64,000 nt of DNA from Octopus sinensis (lineage: Eukaryota): contig NC_043004.1 of the NCBI RefSeq assembly GCF_006345805.1, forward strand, positions 99,324,001 through 99,388,000, given 5' to 3'. Of this stretch, positions 52,239-64,000 are shown in pieces. Numbering within the stretch: the stretch's first letter is position 1; each line of letters opens with the position of its first letter. The notes under the pieces are model-generated. The model was not told where the DNA came from. It did no database searches and worked only from the letters and a program-made list of their open reading frames with translations. The position numbers were made by a program, and so were the translations under genes.

Positions 52239-53099
52239 CGTATATATATATTATACATATATATATATATATATATTCATATGTATATGTACGTAGGTAT
52301 TCATGTATATGGACATATATGTGTGGTGTGTGTGTGTGTATGTACGCGCATATGCACATATGAAAAACACTTAGACTCGGATTCATACACATACACATAT
52401 TTGATATGTTATGACTAGAAGCATAGCATTAATATAGATATAGATTCGACTTCAATTTACAGAAAGAGTTGTTTTTAATAAACGTTTATTTTTAGCTTTG
52501 CTACGAAACTACATCTTATGGTTATGTCTTTTACTCTTTGCGTCTTGAGAAAATGGTCAACCGGCCTGGATACAGTGTACGAAAGTGAACATACACAGCA
52601 CACATACATACAAAAACAAACACACACGCACAGATATATGAGTGAATACACACACACACACACACACATACACACACACATATATATATATATGTACATA
52701 TATATATACATATATATATACATGCATACATATATAGACATATATATATATATGCATATATATGTATATATATATATATATTTACATATATATATATATG
52801 TATATATATACACATGTATGTACATATACTTATATATATGTGTGTGTGTGTATGTATGTATGTATGTTCTGATAGGCTGATCAAGTTTCAGTCATATTTC
52901 TGATGAGATCTTTACCGTTCTAAGTAGACATGTAATCTTTTATATTTACAATTAGTATCATTCAACTTGTATGAATTGATCTGAATTCTTATGTGAGGAG
53001 ACTTCAATGCTGAAACTATTAGTTGTAGTGTTTTTAAAGAGGGTAATCCGGCTATTTACTAAATATATTAGCTTATTCAAATCGTAGACTCAGAGCTCT

Positions 53100-53338
53100 C
53101 TTTTGTTTAAATTATTTCTTGTTCCTTTTCCCTTTTTTCTTTTTTCTATTCCTTTTTTTTGTTCTTTTTTCCCTTTTACGATCCCTTTTGAACGAAAACC
53201 TACGCCACCCTTTTTTGTTTTTTTATTCTTTTTTTTTGTTTTTTGTTGTTGTTTTTTCATCCCCCAAAAGAAAAGCTCTACCTTGTAACTTGTCCCATCT
53301 GTGTGCAGCCCTGTGTGGCCAATAAAGAAACTTATCTA

Positions 53339-53340
<2 letters not shown>
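53100..53340 (+). mobile_element. LINE 3' UTR fragment, same family as 49772-50160
   Basis: CCCAAAAGAAAAGCTCTACCTTGTAACTTGTCCCATCTGTGTGCAGCCCTGTGTGGCCAATAAAG is shared. Confidence 0.65.
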
Positions 53341-53369
<29 letters not shown>

Positions 53370-53390
53370 ATTTATCTATCTATCTATATA

Positions 53391-53459
<69 letters not shown>

Positions 53460-54189
53460 ATATATATACATATATATGAATATATGTATATTTACACATA
53501 TATTGCGTATATTCACACACACACATACATATATATATATACATACATGTAAACGTGAGCTAAGAATTAGCTCGTTCTAAGAACAAAAGCGACAATCCTC
53601 GTATATATCTATGCATAAGATACGCTTAATTAGTTATGTGCTGAATGTTATTTTAGTCTCCTGTAATTTTCGAGGAGGTTTTAATCTTGTAGAGCTCACT
53701 CCAAATATTTTGTTTATGAACTTAACTCTGAGTTAATCACCTAAATCTAAATACTAATTGCCTAGCAACACGAACCCGCGCGTATACCTAGTGAGACTCA
53801 ATCACACGCATAAACCCTTACATGCGATCCTTGGAACATATTATAACTACTTAAATATCGCACCTACTGTTTTAGAAAAGGAAGGTGTTGGATAATACGA
53901 TGCTGTCATATTATGTATTGAAGAAAATCTGGATCGTTATAGTTAATATTCCATTCATCTGACCTGGTACTAAAACCCAACGATTCACCATAAAGCTACG
54001 GTAATTTTAAGAGGAGTAATATCATTTTCCTTTTCAACATACCTTTTCCAAATGATCTTAAGTTTTAATAACATAACATCGCAATATCAGTTTGCAGGCA
54101 ATTTACCTTGTTAGCCTCGTCACTGTATGAAAATGCAAATGTAAAAATATATATTTAAATGCAAACAAACATACATCTATATGCATTGT

Positions 54190-54610
54190 TTGATCAATAA
54201 GTATCCGGACTGTGGGCATAGAAACAAAGCTAAAGCATGCAAAATAAAACCGCTTGGCACAGATTGACCTAACATTCTGCTGTGCATGTGCACTATGTTT
54301 TAGCGTTCTATCTCACTTCTGATGTTTACAGCAGTTCTCGAAAGGAAGGTGTGTAGCGTGTGATCGTCGCATTGACTATGACAGAAATTTGTCATGGCAA
54401 TACCTGTTCAGAGGCCTACGTCGAGCTGAAGAAACTTTGTGGAAAGAAGTGTATGAGCCGCTCACAAATCTACCGCACACGAGTCTATGAGTGGTTCCAA
54501 GACGTCCGAATAAATGTCGATGTTGACAAACGTTCTGGGGGCCCGCAAACAGGAGAACTGAGAAAAACATCGCAAATGTGAATTCTGCTGTGAGTAGCTG
54601 CGAGCTGGAC
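54190..54610 (+). mobile_element. Mariner 5' fragment
   Basis: GNTCSEAYVELKKL..K.CMSRSQIY..VYEWFQD.R.NVD.DKRSG.P, the mariner HTH region. Confidence 0.6.
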
Positions 54611-55007
54611 ATATACATTGATGAGGTGAATTATGAAATAAGGATGATATTGATGAGAAAAGGCAAAAACGAACGCCGATTTTCTCCTTCTCTAAGTCAT
54701 TGTTGTTTTTTTTTTTAAACAGAATAAACAAAGCGAGTTATTGAATCTCCCACAACAGCTTTTACAGTTTTGGGACTTAATTGTCCATTACATATATTAA
54801 CATGCAAAAGTATTCAATATACAATCAACACTAGTCCATTTCCAAATGAGGCGCTGGGCCTCTTACACTTTATAACACTGAGGCTTTTCAACCTCTTGTC
54901 AATTTTCCACCTCATAACCGCTTGTGTCCGTGTAATCCGCCATAACACATGCTTCGTTTAAAATCACGGCGAGGTCCGAGTTGGTGTCACCCTGCCACGA
55001 GCAATAT

Positions 55008-56550
55008 TCATTTTAGTCCGTCCAGCATCATAAACAGGCGCAACGTTATGACTTCCACAGCTATCTGCGGAGGCAATTCGAGGTCCTGTGTGAAGACCAA
55101 AGGTATTCCCTCGTAGTGTTCTTTCACTATCTTTTCCACCTCTCCGCCTCTATAAAAGAAGACCAACAGTTTCTGGTCCATCGGGTCCGGGTCGGTTAAT
55201 TCTACCGCTGGTGGCACAACTCCCGCCAACGGGGTCTCTCCCTCTCTCCGGTGGAATAACCGACGAGGCTCCGTGACACTCCGGCGTCATGTTTCCGACT
55301 GCCAGCAATGTCCCGTTTCTCCTCCTCTTTCTTTTTTTTCTTCTCGACTGGTGGAGGGTGCGTCTTCTCCGTGACCTGGAAATTCGCCTCTCCTCCCTTA
55401 TCCCCAGGATTCTTCGGGGAGAACCCATTATTGATCTCCTTCTTCCTTTTGCGGCTCTTCTTTGGGGAGTGCTCCATCTCTTCGGCCGCCTTCATTCCCT
55501 CCTGTACAGAGGTCTCTGTCAACTTGAGAACAGTTCTTTCTTATATGGCCAGGCTTCAAGCACCGATGGCACTTGGTGGTGGGGGGGGGGCTTTCCTCAA
55601 GAATCACCGGATATTTAGACTCGGCCTTTCTCAAAAAGTCTGGAAATACCAGACTTTCGGTTGACTGGGTCCATAGGGTCAAAACAGCTTTTGACCCCTC
55701 CCAGGCAGAATATTTACGCTGAGGAGCTTGGTCCTACTGCCACCCAGACTCCGGCGGATAGTATCTCCTATCCACTGGGGCTCAACTCCGGGTGGCAAGC
55801 CGCAAACACAAGCCCTCGTTAAACTCTTCCCTCAATAAGTGAGAAGAAACAAAATTTCATTACCCTCCAGGGTCTGAATTGCAAATTCACAGGCCACTTC
55901 TGGGGAGTCAAACAGCAACGACACGGTTGCCTTCTTGACCCCCCGAATGAAATACGTAATCGCTGGCTTAAATTTTGCCAGCTCGCTTTCGATTATATCC
56001 TTTCTGAAAACGGCAATGGGATCAAGGGTCCTAGAGTAGGTCCTCCAAAACCACCGTCTTATTTTCAAGTTCTTTTAACCATTTTTTGGGTGGTGTAATT
56101 TCCCACTCCACCAACTTTTCGTGGTTATTTGCCATGTTTCTTTTTTAAAAGAGTCAAAAAATACAGTTGTTAAAATATAAAATAATTAAAGAAAAAGAAG
56201 GAAAAGGAAAAAGTCCAAACAAAAGAAAGGAGAGAGAAAAAATTAACAGTTCAAAAATTTTTTTTTAATCAAAGATAGAAGAAGAGAGAGTAACAGTTCA
56301 AAACACAGCAAAGGCCACTTGGTACTCCAGGCCTAAATTTAACACAATTGTAAAACAGTGAAAAAAATCATTCCAATTTTCTTGTAGTTACTTCTTAACA
56401 GGAACAACACTATTTTCAAACAAAAATTTTGGCAGGATACGCCCACCAAACCAATAATTTTTACAATTAAGTGAATAATATTTTCACTCAGCCTCAGGCA
56501 GACTAGAGTTTAGTGAAGACTTTTTGTTCGTAAAAATAATTTGCGATATA
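55008..56550 (-). mobile_element. L1/Tx1-like LINE 5' portion: pyrimidine-rich 5' UTR and frameshifted gag-like ORF1 (about 56135-55008)
   Basis: MANNHEKLVEWEITPPKKW..., TRACVCGLPPGV (RRM-like), CHRCLKPGHIRKNC (C-x2-C-x4-H-x4-C knuckle), basic and acidic C-terminus. No recognisable ORF2 follows. Confidence 0.7.
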
Positions 56551-56639
56551 CAACAGGTCCCCACTAGACCCCAAAAATTCTTACCTTACGGCTGAGTTAG
56601 ACGAATTGGCTTGAAGAATGAGTCGAATATCAATTGTTT

Positions 56640-58120
56640 GCTTTTCAATGTTAATTTTGAATAATTAAGTCTCTAAAGGTTTTTGTGTTGATAATGGTAA
56701 TGTCTATCACTTATTGTCAAGTCAATGTAGGAAGGGATAGCGAGTGTTAGTTTCCTCAGCAATGTTTCGTCATCTGCAACATTTTCACTAGCTCTGCTGT
56801 CAAGAACAAGTATTTAAAACATTATCTGTTATTTCTGCTGCTGTTAACATTTCGTGTCTAGGGTTACACTAATATTTTCTTATTAGATTCTGATGTTTTC
56901 TTTTGTGAAATAGATTTCACCTGCTCCCTGAAGTATTTGGTGAAAACCACTTGCATCAGAACCTTCAAAATTGTATTCCACATTCCACATAAGAATTTTT
57001 CCAGCATCGGTCACATTGATACTCGTCAGTAAATATATGAAGCTACTAAACTGAATATTGCTGGCTTAATGTTTGCGGTGTCTCCATTTATCCTAGAGTT
57101 CACTGGTGCGTGTCTTCCATAAGATCGCCCTCTTCTATATCTATGGAACTTTCATCAATCTATTTTCATTATTTGCAATTATATATTCAACTATTGGTTG
57201 GATCGTGAAGGTAAGACTGAGTGCCACGAATATGCAGCCAATTTTACCATCAGTAAGGAAAAGTCAGTGAATGCCTGGACCTGCAGGTGAGTTGTTACAA
57301 ATCAGTGGTACCTCATCCAAGTATAAGAAACTCTGAGGATAGAAAAAGAAACATTCGTTAACGATATGGATGCTGAAACTCGAATTTCAGGAATGGTAAT
57401 ATTGCAATAGTCGCTGGTGCGTCATGTCCTACAAAACATATTTATCTCTATACCGCTACGAACTTTAAAGTGGGTATATTGCCTGTCTCAATTTAAGATT
57501 AGACTACAAACAAGCAGTTCTTAATTAATTTACTACCTTCGTGTTTAAAATCTTGAGTATTGCAGAAATTTGTTGCCAGATACATCCTCATTATAATCGT
57601 ATGAAACTGAGAACACTTTATAATTAATTAAGTAATTTAAACTCTTCCTGAAGGGTTTGATTTCTTCGGTGTATCGCTAGCTTTACCAAGAGTAATTATA
57701 TTATCTATTTCATGGCAATTTCTAAATCACCAAAGCTGTCCATCACTAGCTCTAAAATTCTCACTGCCCATATGCATAGTTGTAATGAAAGCAGCATTTT
57801 GAATTGCTAAACCACAGATCTTGTTACCAAAGCATCTTTAATAGATAAATCAGGATGTCACTGCCTTCTCAATAGATGTGCAATTCTCATGCAACTCTCA
57901 TACACTTCCTTGCACCAACAGATGATAATCTATAGGTTGCATCATTATTACGTATAATGCAGTGACTTTATGCTTAAGCATTCCTAGGTCCAAAATGTAC
58001 ACACTTTGAACATCGTATTCTTCACAAATTTTCATCATTCAAGTGTCAACCTCTAAATACGTAGCAAGCTCTAATTTGGGGATTTTGATATGGAAACATG
58101 CTTCATCCTTAAGTTATTAT
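56640..58120 (-). mobile_element. Highly decayed pogo/Tigger-like transposase
   Basis: Remnants KICEEYDV, GARKCM, ENFRASDG.LW.FRN.H.I and NVEYNFEGSDASGF match CENP-B/Tigger-type transposases. Confidence 0.6.
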
Positions 58121-61100
58121 TCTTTGTTGAAGCTTTGATGTGTTTTAACATAAGGTTAAACCTATTTAGTCAGCAAAATATCAGAAAAAATTGCAGTATG
58201 ACACAAGCTTTGTTCTCGTGCACTATTGTAACTTTCCCAGTGTGGTGCGTACTGAATGTACAAACTTTAAGTCATATCGACCATGTTATAAGGTTTTTCT
58301 AAGTAAGTGTGTTTGTAGTAATATCTATATACTTAAGTTTTTATTGACGGAATTTGCAAAGTAACTCAAGTGCCGAGATTTTCATGACCTTAAGTTTCTT
58401 AGTAATTGCCGCTGATTACTAATAACACGCATGTATGGTCTCAGTTTTCCCTTTAAACTAAAGCTCTCTCACTCCTTCTCTCCCTCTCTTTCTTTCTTTC
58501 TTTCTTTCTTTCTGTTTCTTTTTCTCTCTCGCTCATATTCTACATCAATTTTCTTTATCAAGGTGAAATTTACACCAAGCCGGGTTTTATTTTACTTTTC
58601 AGGTAGAAGTATCCCTAAAGTGCACACAAAATATATTGATCACAAGATACTGGGGTTTGAAAACGTCTAATTCTTTATAATAAATAATAGTTTCCGAGTT
58701 AAGTATAATAACCTTTTTTCTCACGTTACATTTGTGTAGGTTTTCAATATATCTTCTCGTTTTTAATATATCTTGTAGTTCAAAAACTTCAGGAGATATG
58801 TATTTAAACAACATTTCTAAAATGTGTCACAGTTTTCTGTTTGATCGTACGTTTCTTCGTCAGATGACCAACACACCATGAGAGAAACAAAGAGAAAAGT
58901 CGAATTATCAGACAGAAATCTGTCAGGGGACTCATAGAATCTAATTTTTGCTGAGTGTGCCATTAGCTGTGTTCAGCTGTAAGAGATTCTACATTCATAT
59001 ATATTTCCTCTTAGCTACTCGATATTCGTATTTTAGTATAATATCTACCATTGACTTTCAAATTTACTTTCTCTAATTTATAGCTTTAGATCGGTGATGA
59101 AAGAGGATATATTCTGTTTTACACACATTAACGGAAATTTTATTTGCATTTAAGCAACGGCACAGCAGTTTTAGCTCAATATTAATTCTTTTGCAAATAG
59201 TTTTAAGAGACTTATCTAAGAGTAATGAATAGATTTATATCAACTGTAAATTAATGCACCATACAGAATTATATAGCATGAGACAAGTCATTAACGAAAA
59301 TTAAAGCACCTAAGTCCAACAGTTAATGGTTTTAGTAAGAATGTTAATGATGTCGGTTCAATTCTTACCCGAGTCATACATAAATGATTTGTTGTTATTA
59401 AAATATATCTATAAATGGTGTTGCATCCATTACAGCTAAAATCGTTTACAGTGATCGTGTGTAATATAAAAGAGGTCCTTTTGATTGCTTTCTCCAGTTC
59501 TAAGGAGAAATTTGCACTCAGTTATGCAAATTACTAAAATACTTTCACGGCTAAAGAGTCCTTATCTCTATTTCATTTCATGTTACAGCAAAATCAAGTT
59601 GTTCTCTCGTGTTTCAAGTGATAAAGTTTATGTCGTTATAAGGTCTTCTAGGTATTCTCAGACGACAGGTAGTAGAATCGTTGCAGTTGCTGCTGCTGCT
59701 GCAGCTGTTGTGGTTGTTGTTGTTGTTGTTGTTGTTGTTGTTGCTGCTGCTTCTGTTATCCCAGCTGTTACAAGGAATACATAGGCGTATCGGCGAGGTA
59801 ATATGACTCACTGAAATGGCTAAGAAAGATATCATTGTTACTTATCTGATCCGGCAGACGTTTTATCAAACGCATTCACGACGGTCTTTTCTGCAAGCAT
59901 AACGTATTTAAGTTTACATGGGCGAATACTTCACTATCATTTAAGTTGTCGTATGAGTGTGAGTGGGTGACACTTTTAACTGTTGAAGAAATGCGAAGTA
60001 ACGTTCTCAATTGCTTGTGAAGATTCAATTAAGAGTGTGAACTGATTTAGGATCAAATTAGAAGAGGTAGAATGAGAATGCTTCCATAACCAACACATAA
60101 CTAACCTACTGACACAAAATAACGTGATTTTCTATGTCTCTACTATTTCTACTGCAATGGTATCAGCTTCTCTGCAGTTTTTTTTACAACCAGAGCTCAA
60201 AATGCCTTTATGTACTTCATCAATTTTTCCTCGGTTCAGCAGTGTTTGTTTTTAATACTTACACACAAATCCCGTCTTGCAACCATTGTTGAATCACACC
60301 GTATGAAACTTTCACCATGTTTCTCTTAAAATATGACCTTAAAATTATTGAGTATGACCAGCAACCATATCAACTAAGCTAAGACCCTTATAAATCTCGA
60401 TCTCAAGGGATAGTAACGAACCTAACTGAAATCATATTAATTTCAGTTACCATATATGGTCGCTGTCAGACTCGGCAGAGCACACTGAAGTACTTAAGTA
60501 TATCTTGTGTGGAGCTACCCAAGTTGCAAAACTAGCAATATTTTAACTCCAAGTTCTGCTTCAAAATTTTAATTCATAAGTAAAATATCACCTCATTTAC
60601 ATATCGCTGAAAGAGAGTGAAATTCAGAATCCAAAGAAACTGGTCTGTGTCAACGTTGGCACAAATTAGTCAGTATAAATATTGGTGAAAAATCCTTTGT
60701 CGACTTAGTTCTCCGGCTGAGAATAACCAGGGTAAAACTGGAGTTACATGAATGATTTGGAGAATAGGAAGTATCTATGAGAGAATGATAGACTAGGGAG
60801 GCTAGAAAAGGATGGATATATACAGATATCAAACATATACATTTACATATATTGAGATGTATTAAGCATCAAAATACGAAATCATCGATGATCTGGCTAT
60901 ATCTGCGACCGTAGGAAGCTTTTCTCCCTAGACAGTATGCGGTTGTATGTGATTTTGTAGGTGGGTGCTAGAATTTATAACTATACAACCACTAAATATA
61001 TAAAAAGGACAATACTCACACAAATATATTATATAATATAATATATGTTATTCTCTCCGGCTCTCTCTCCGTTTCTTTCCCGTCTCCCTTGTAACTATTG

Positions 61101-61418
61101 AGTTGTTTTGACTCTTATTTCTAGCAATACTGGTGCTGATTAGTGCTCTTGTTCACTTTAGTGACGTATATATTAAACAAAGATAGAAAGAAATGGTGCT
61201 AAGACAATGGTTTAAAGTGAGGTGAGGAAGACTGAACAGAAAAATATATAGTAATAATACGCCTAAAAATACATATAACAGAACAGTCGTTCTAATGATA
61301 GGTTAAATTTAAAAGGTAACAAAATAAGAGAGAGACAGAGTAGCAGAAACTATGTTGTACACAATTACACCAACGCACAGTTAAACACAAATGCATTTAT
61401 ATGCACACAATCCTCTGA

Positions 61419-61461
<43 letters not shown>

Positions 61462-61462
<1 letters not shown>

Positions 61463-61650
61463 GGAAAGTTTACGAAAATAAACAAAAGACGAAGGCAGGT
61501 GGAGTACAAACAAACAAATGTATTAGTATAGCGCTCAGAAATAGAAAAAGTCTTTTACGTTTCGAGCCTACGCTCTTCGACAGAAAGATACACAGAAAAA
61601 AACAAGGAGAGAAAAAAATGCGTGTAGGAGCTAACGATCTATCATGGCAT
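61462..61650 (-). mobile_element. Penelope-type pLTR element (family of 44636) with minimal hammerhead at 61551-61588
   Basis: TCTTT-CTGTCGA-AGAGC-GTAG-GCTC-GAAAC-GTA-AAAGA. Confidence 0.75.
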
Positions 61651-61725
61651 ATATATATATATATATGTATGTATGTATGTACGTATGTATGTATGTATGT
61701 ATGTATGTATGTATGTGTATATATG

Positions 61726-61780
<55 letters not shown>

Positions 61781-62947
61781 TCAGATACATTTCTTTATTC
61801 TCATCACAGTTAATACACTTCACTATTCATCTGAATTTAGGATCAAAGAAAATGTTTTCACGCAGTAAAAACAATGATAAACGTACCCATCAAAACATTA
61901 AAGAAACAACTGAATTCCTCAGAGGACCACTGTAAATCTTAAAAGTGATTCAGGATTTGTATCTTTCTTCTTCTCCGCTGTCAACTCATTGTTTTTGTAA
62001 CAGCAATAAACTTTAGTGTCACTTCACATTCTTTCCCTCTACCATGATGCAAATCTCACCATCTTCCTCTCTACTTGCCCTTGCCCTTTCCCCCCTCTAT
62101 ATTTGTATGCATTCTACACATAATCTATTTCTAATAAAGCTGCAATAAACTAAACCGACCAAAACTTCCTATTTGTATCCCAACCCTCCAACTCTTTCAG
62201 TCGCCTATTCTCTTTCAAACTCACCCTTTCCCTCAGTATTTAGCTGTTCATCTCCCACCCTGTGTCAAAATTCCATTACACTATGTATACACACATACAC
62301 ATACACACACACACAAACTCTGTATCACTACCTATCACTCGTTCTACAAATCTTCAATTCTCTCTCCCTCTGACAACATTATAAATTGCATTAACTTCAA
62401 CCCTATTTTTCCTGTTTCTACCTTTTCTCGCTTCCTTCTCTCTTCAGCCTTCCCCTATCCATTCGACACTCTAATGCACCCAGAAGCCTTCCAACCACGC
62501 CTGTTTTATGGTTGTCTCTTCGGTCTTTTTTTTTATTATTCTTCTCATCCTCCTACTCATACACACCAACATCTTAATTGACTTTGATCTTCCAGCGCTG
62601 ACCTCATTTATTCGTCTGTGGATCAATTTTTAAAAGTGCAAGAATACAGCAAATGGAAAACAGACGCCACCATAACCACCACCATTGTCCCCACCAACAC
62701 CAAAAACAACAACGATGACGACAACAACAACAAAATTGATATTAATAAAACCTTTTGATATTCCTCTTCCTTTACCTCGCACCTCATTTCCTAGCCGGGT
62801 TCTCATTTGATTCTTGACACAGTAGTGAAGTGACAAAGTTTATTTGATTGGGTATCTATCTTATTGGATTTAACATCAGTTCGTTTTGGATTAATCCAGA
62901 CATGATTTGCTATAATAACCATACTAATACTACTACTACTATTAAAC

Positions 62948-62955
62948 GACGATGA

Positions 62956-62989
<34 letters not shown>

Positions 62990-63063
62990 GGTGGTGATGA
63001 TGATGGTGGTGGTGGTGGTGGTGATGATGATGGTGGTGGTGGTGGTGGTGGTGGTGGTGATGA
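62948..63063. repeat. (GAT)n/(GGT)n compound trinucleotide repeat
   Basis: Direct reading. Explains the poly-His pseudo-ORF. Confidence 0.95.
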
Positions 63064-63518
63064 TACAATATGACAATCTTATAAATTATTAAAGAATTAA
63101 TGAAGAAATCATTTCGGGTGGAAGGGAAACAGCGAAACAACAGGGAATCGAAGAAGAATGAAATGGAATAAGGAATGCCACTGTTAGTGTTCTTGTTGTC
63201 CCTCGTCAGCTGTAACCGAGTAAGCTTACAGTCTAAGTTGCAAACGCCTCACCTTCGCTATGTCCACTTTGTCCTTTCATTTTACGATTGAAACGTGTGA
63301 TTTGGAGAAGCATGACGACAAGGTTACCTGTTCCCTTATCGATAACGATATAATAGATTAAATGTCTTAGAGATCATCTATCACTAATTCAAAAAAATCA
63401 TCCAGGCCAGAATTATACATGTCGATTCTGGTTAAATCTTTTCCAAAGACTGCATAGATACTTACCTCGTTGACTTGGAAGAAAGTGTCATCTTCTATTG
63501 TTAATCCACATAATCCAC

Positions 63519-63865
63519 AGGCGTAGGAGTGGCTGCGTGGTAAGTAGCTTGTTACCAACCACGTGGTTCCGGGTTCTGTCCCACTGCGTGGCACCTTGGG
63601 TAAGTGTCTTCTACTATAGCCTTGGACCGACCAAAGCCTTGTGAGTGGATTTGGTAGACGGAAACTGAAAGAAGCCCGTCGTATATAATTATATATATAT
63701 GTGTGTGTGCGCATGTGTGTGTGTGTATATGTTTGTGTGTCTGTGTTTGTCCCCCCCCCAGTATAGCTTGATAACCGATGCTCGTGTGTTTATGTCCCCG
63801 TAACTTAGCTCGACTAAGGGCGGTGCTCCAGCATGGCCTCTGTCAATTGACTGAAACAAGTAAAA
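63519..63865 (+). mobile_element. SINE family A (internal deletion near the 3' end)
   Basis: GGCGTAGGAGTGGCTGCGTGGTAAGTAGCTTG...GGAAACTGAAAGAAGCCCGTCG. Confidence 0.88.
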
Positions 63866-64000
63866 CAGTAAAGAGTATATAGCTCATGTATGATTGAAGT
63901 AAATAAGTTTACTTAAAATGATAAGAAATGGTTCGGTCGAGTGAAGAGGAACTCATTTGAATCGTTTACGCTGAGATTTAATTTACATTTACAACCGTAT

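Noticed and set aside
56578-56600. Strong minus-strand splice donor AAG|GTAAGA
   Set aside because: The upstream sequence is the end of a decayed Tigger-like transposase with no open exon frame, so it is probably chance.
58585-58670. Plus-strand acceptor-like TTTTACTTTTCAG followed by a short open frame (GRSIPKVHTKYIDHKILGFENV)
   Set aside because: No recognisable protein similarity and no linked exons. It cannot be supported without transcripts.
60090-60330. Possible Tc1-like N-terminal remnant on the minus strand
   Set aside because: Only a weak PRKIDE-like trace with many stops.
63462-63518. Minus-strand micro-exon candidate EDDTFFQVNE ending GAG|GTAAGT
   Set aside because: The donor is good but the acceptor is poor, the peptide is unrecognised and it abuts a SINE. 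RNA-seq junction reads would be needed.

Overview
Eukaryotic, AT-rich, repeat-saturated genomic DNA with no host protein-coding gene, rRNA, true tRNA or CRISPR array that I can support. The SINE families, R4/Dong-like LINE ends and dense (TA)n/(TG)n/(TACA)n/(GATA)n/(AAT)n microsatellites resemble a coleoid cephalopod (Octopus-like) genome; this is inference, not a database match. Contents: a frameshifted CR1/L2-like LINE (1-3727, minus) whose ORF1 has a Myb/SANT-like N-terminus and a CCCH zinc finger, with an AT-rich tandem array directly upstream; many R4/Dong-like RLE LINE fragments sitting at (AAT)n; CR1-like and L1/Tx1-like fragments; decayed Tc1, mariner, hAT and pogo/Tigger transposons; a non-autonomous Helitron; three tRNA-SINE-like families; and many Penelope-type hammerhead ribozyme (HHR) motifs. 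The highlight is 39144-40946: a young, about 99% identical array of a 475-bp hairpin-rich unit. Each complete unit carries a type I hammerhead (CTGATGA...GAAA...GTA) with an unusually long stem II. The array is 1.2 inverted plus 2.6 direct copies, a candidate retrozyme able to release a 475-nt self-cleaved, possibly circular RNA. Most ORFs in the supplied track are microsatellite artefacts. Boundaries of decayed elements are approximate (tens of bp).
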